64,000 bases of DNA from Hypanus sabinus (lineage: Eukaryota), in NCBI RefSeq assembly GCF_030144855.1, contig NC_082708.1, positions 170,562,001 through 170,626,000 on the forward strand, written 5' to 3'. The position numbers and the translations under genes are program-made. How positions within the stretch are numbered: the stretch's first letter is position 1; each line of letters begins with the position of its first letter. The notes beneath the pieces are model-generated. The model had not been told where the DNA came from. It was given only the letters and a program-made list of their open reading frames with translations, and made no database searches. Shown here one piece after another: positions 62,496 through 64,000 of this stretch.

Positions 62496-62669
62496 TGAAA
62501 CATACAAACGACATGCTCTTCATTAGTTTTTATTGTAAGACTGGAAGTGGTTACTACTGATATTGGCAGCATTTATTCTCCATATCTAATGTCTGTGCTC
62601 TTGAGTTTGTCCCCATTAAACACAAAATCATTTTAAACAATTAATTTTAGACTTGTACATTATGTAAGG

Positions 62670-63420
62670 CCACAAGACATAGGAGCAGAATTAGGCCATC
62701 TGGCCCATTGAGTCTGCTTTGCCATTCAATCATGGCTGATCCTTTGGTTTACCTCCTCCTCAACCCCATGCAAGGCTTATTGAGAAAGCAAGGAGACATG
62801 GAATTCAAGGAGACATTGCTTTGTGGATCCAGAACTGGCTTACCCATAGAAGGCAGAGTGCTTGCAGGCGGGTCATATTCTGCATGGAGGCCAGAGTCCA
62901 GTGGTGTGCCTCAGGGATCTATTCTGGGACACCTACTCATCGTGATTTTTATAAATCACCTAGATGAGGAAGTGGAGGGATGGGTTAGTACACTTGTTGA
63001 TGATCCAAAGCTTAGGAATGTTGTGGATAGTGTGGAGGGCTGTCAGAGGTTACAGATGCAAAACTGGGCTGAGAAATAACATGGTGTTCAACCCAGATAA
63101 GTGTGAGGTGGTTCATTTTGGTAGGTCAAATATGATGGCAGAATATGGCATTAATGACAAGACTCTAGGTAGTGTGGAGGATCAGAGGGATCTTGGGATC
63201 CGAGGCCATAAGTATTTATAATTCTTAGTAATCGTTACACCCAAATAAGTAAATTGATTTCTTGCAATTTTAAAAGGGAGGTTAGTATTAATTGAAACCA
63301 AATTATTCAAAGGAAAAAGTTCACTCTTATGAAACTTAGCTTATATCCTGAAAACTGACTAAAACAGGAGAATAAAGAAAGTATAATAGGTAATGAAGTC
63401 TCAACATTAGAAATATAAAG
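62670..63420. mobile_element. CR1 fragments and an L1 fragment
   Basis: SGVPQGSILG RT motif; 63210-63415 resembles 32160-32345. Confidence 0.7.
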
Positions 63421-64000
63421 CAAAGGGTCATCATCATAATATGCAAGTTCTAAGGTAAGGACATGTTCGGCACAGATTTGTGGGCCGAAGGGCCTCTATT
63501 GTGCTGTAGGGTTTCCATGTTTCTATGTTCCTATCCTACCCGTTTCCTCAACACTACATGCCCCTCAACCAATCTTCCTAACACCTGCAAACCTGCAACA
63601 AAGCCATCTATTCCATCATCTAAGTCATTATATACAGCACAAAAAGAGGTGGACCCAACACCGACCCCTGCAGAACAGCACTAGCCACTGGCAGAAAACC
63701 AGAAAAAGATCCTTTTATTCCCACTCGCTGCCTCCTAGCAATCAGCTAATGCTCTAACAATCAAGAGCTCAAAGCATCATTGTGGATCCCTGCCACACAT
63801 CTCACAATCTCTTTGACCCATAATCATCACAAAGGAGGCACTGGAGCTTGAGAATTACTGCCAGAATGGGTAATAGCTTCTCCCATTTGGTTACAAAACC
63901 AATGAATGCCCTGCCACCACTGACCTCTTGTCCCAGGACAGTGAGCTATTTACTGTTATTTTTGTGCTGCCCACTGTCTGCATTGTGAATTATATTTTAT

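Overview
Vertebrate genomic DNA, very likely an elasmobranch (shark or ray), judged from the hormone gene and the CR1/Penelope/Rex/L1-rich repeat landscape. It lies at the neurohypophysial-hormone locus. Two host genes are visible. (1) The long single coding exon of FASTKD5 is on the minus strand: ATG at 1967, open to the window edge and missed by the ORF track, with a probable CpG-rich promoter and first exon at about 8.2-8.55 kb built from tandem NRF1+ETS units. (2) A complete three-exon oxytocin-family prepro-hormone gene is on the plus strand (45329-45448, 54366-54570, 62232-62287; 126 aa, no copeptin). It encodes the nonapeptide CYINNCPIG-NH2, which matches none of the named vertebrate nonapeptides I know, and it sits head-to-head with FASTKD5/UBOX5 rather than downstream. 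Most of the rest is decayed, nested transposable elements. The most unusual is a Gmr1-type Gypsy element (13333-19793) whose two LTRs are inverted, with an almost complete tRNA-Pro copy fused between the polypurine tract and the flipped LTR. Also notable are a twin-primed RTE insertion, a Tigger derivative with MER2-like ends, Penelope-borne minimal hammerhead ribozymes, a Tc1, and an ERV remnant. Family assignments rest on motif recognition and recalled consensus sequences; no database search was run.
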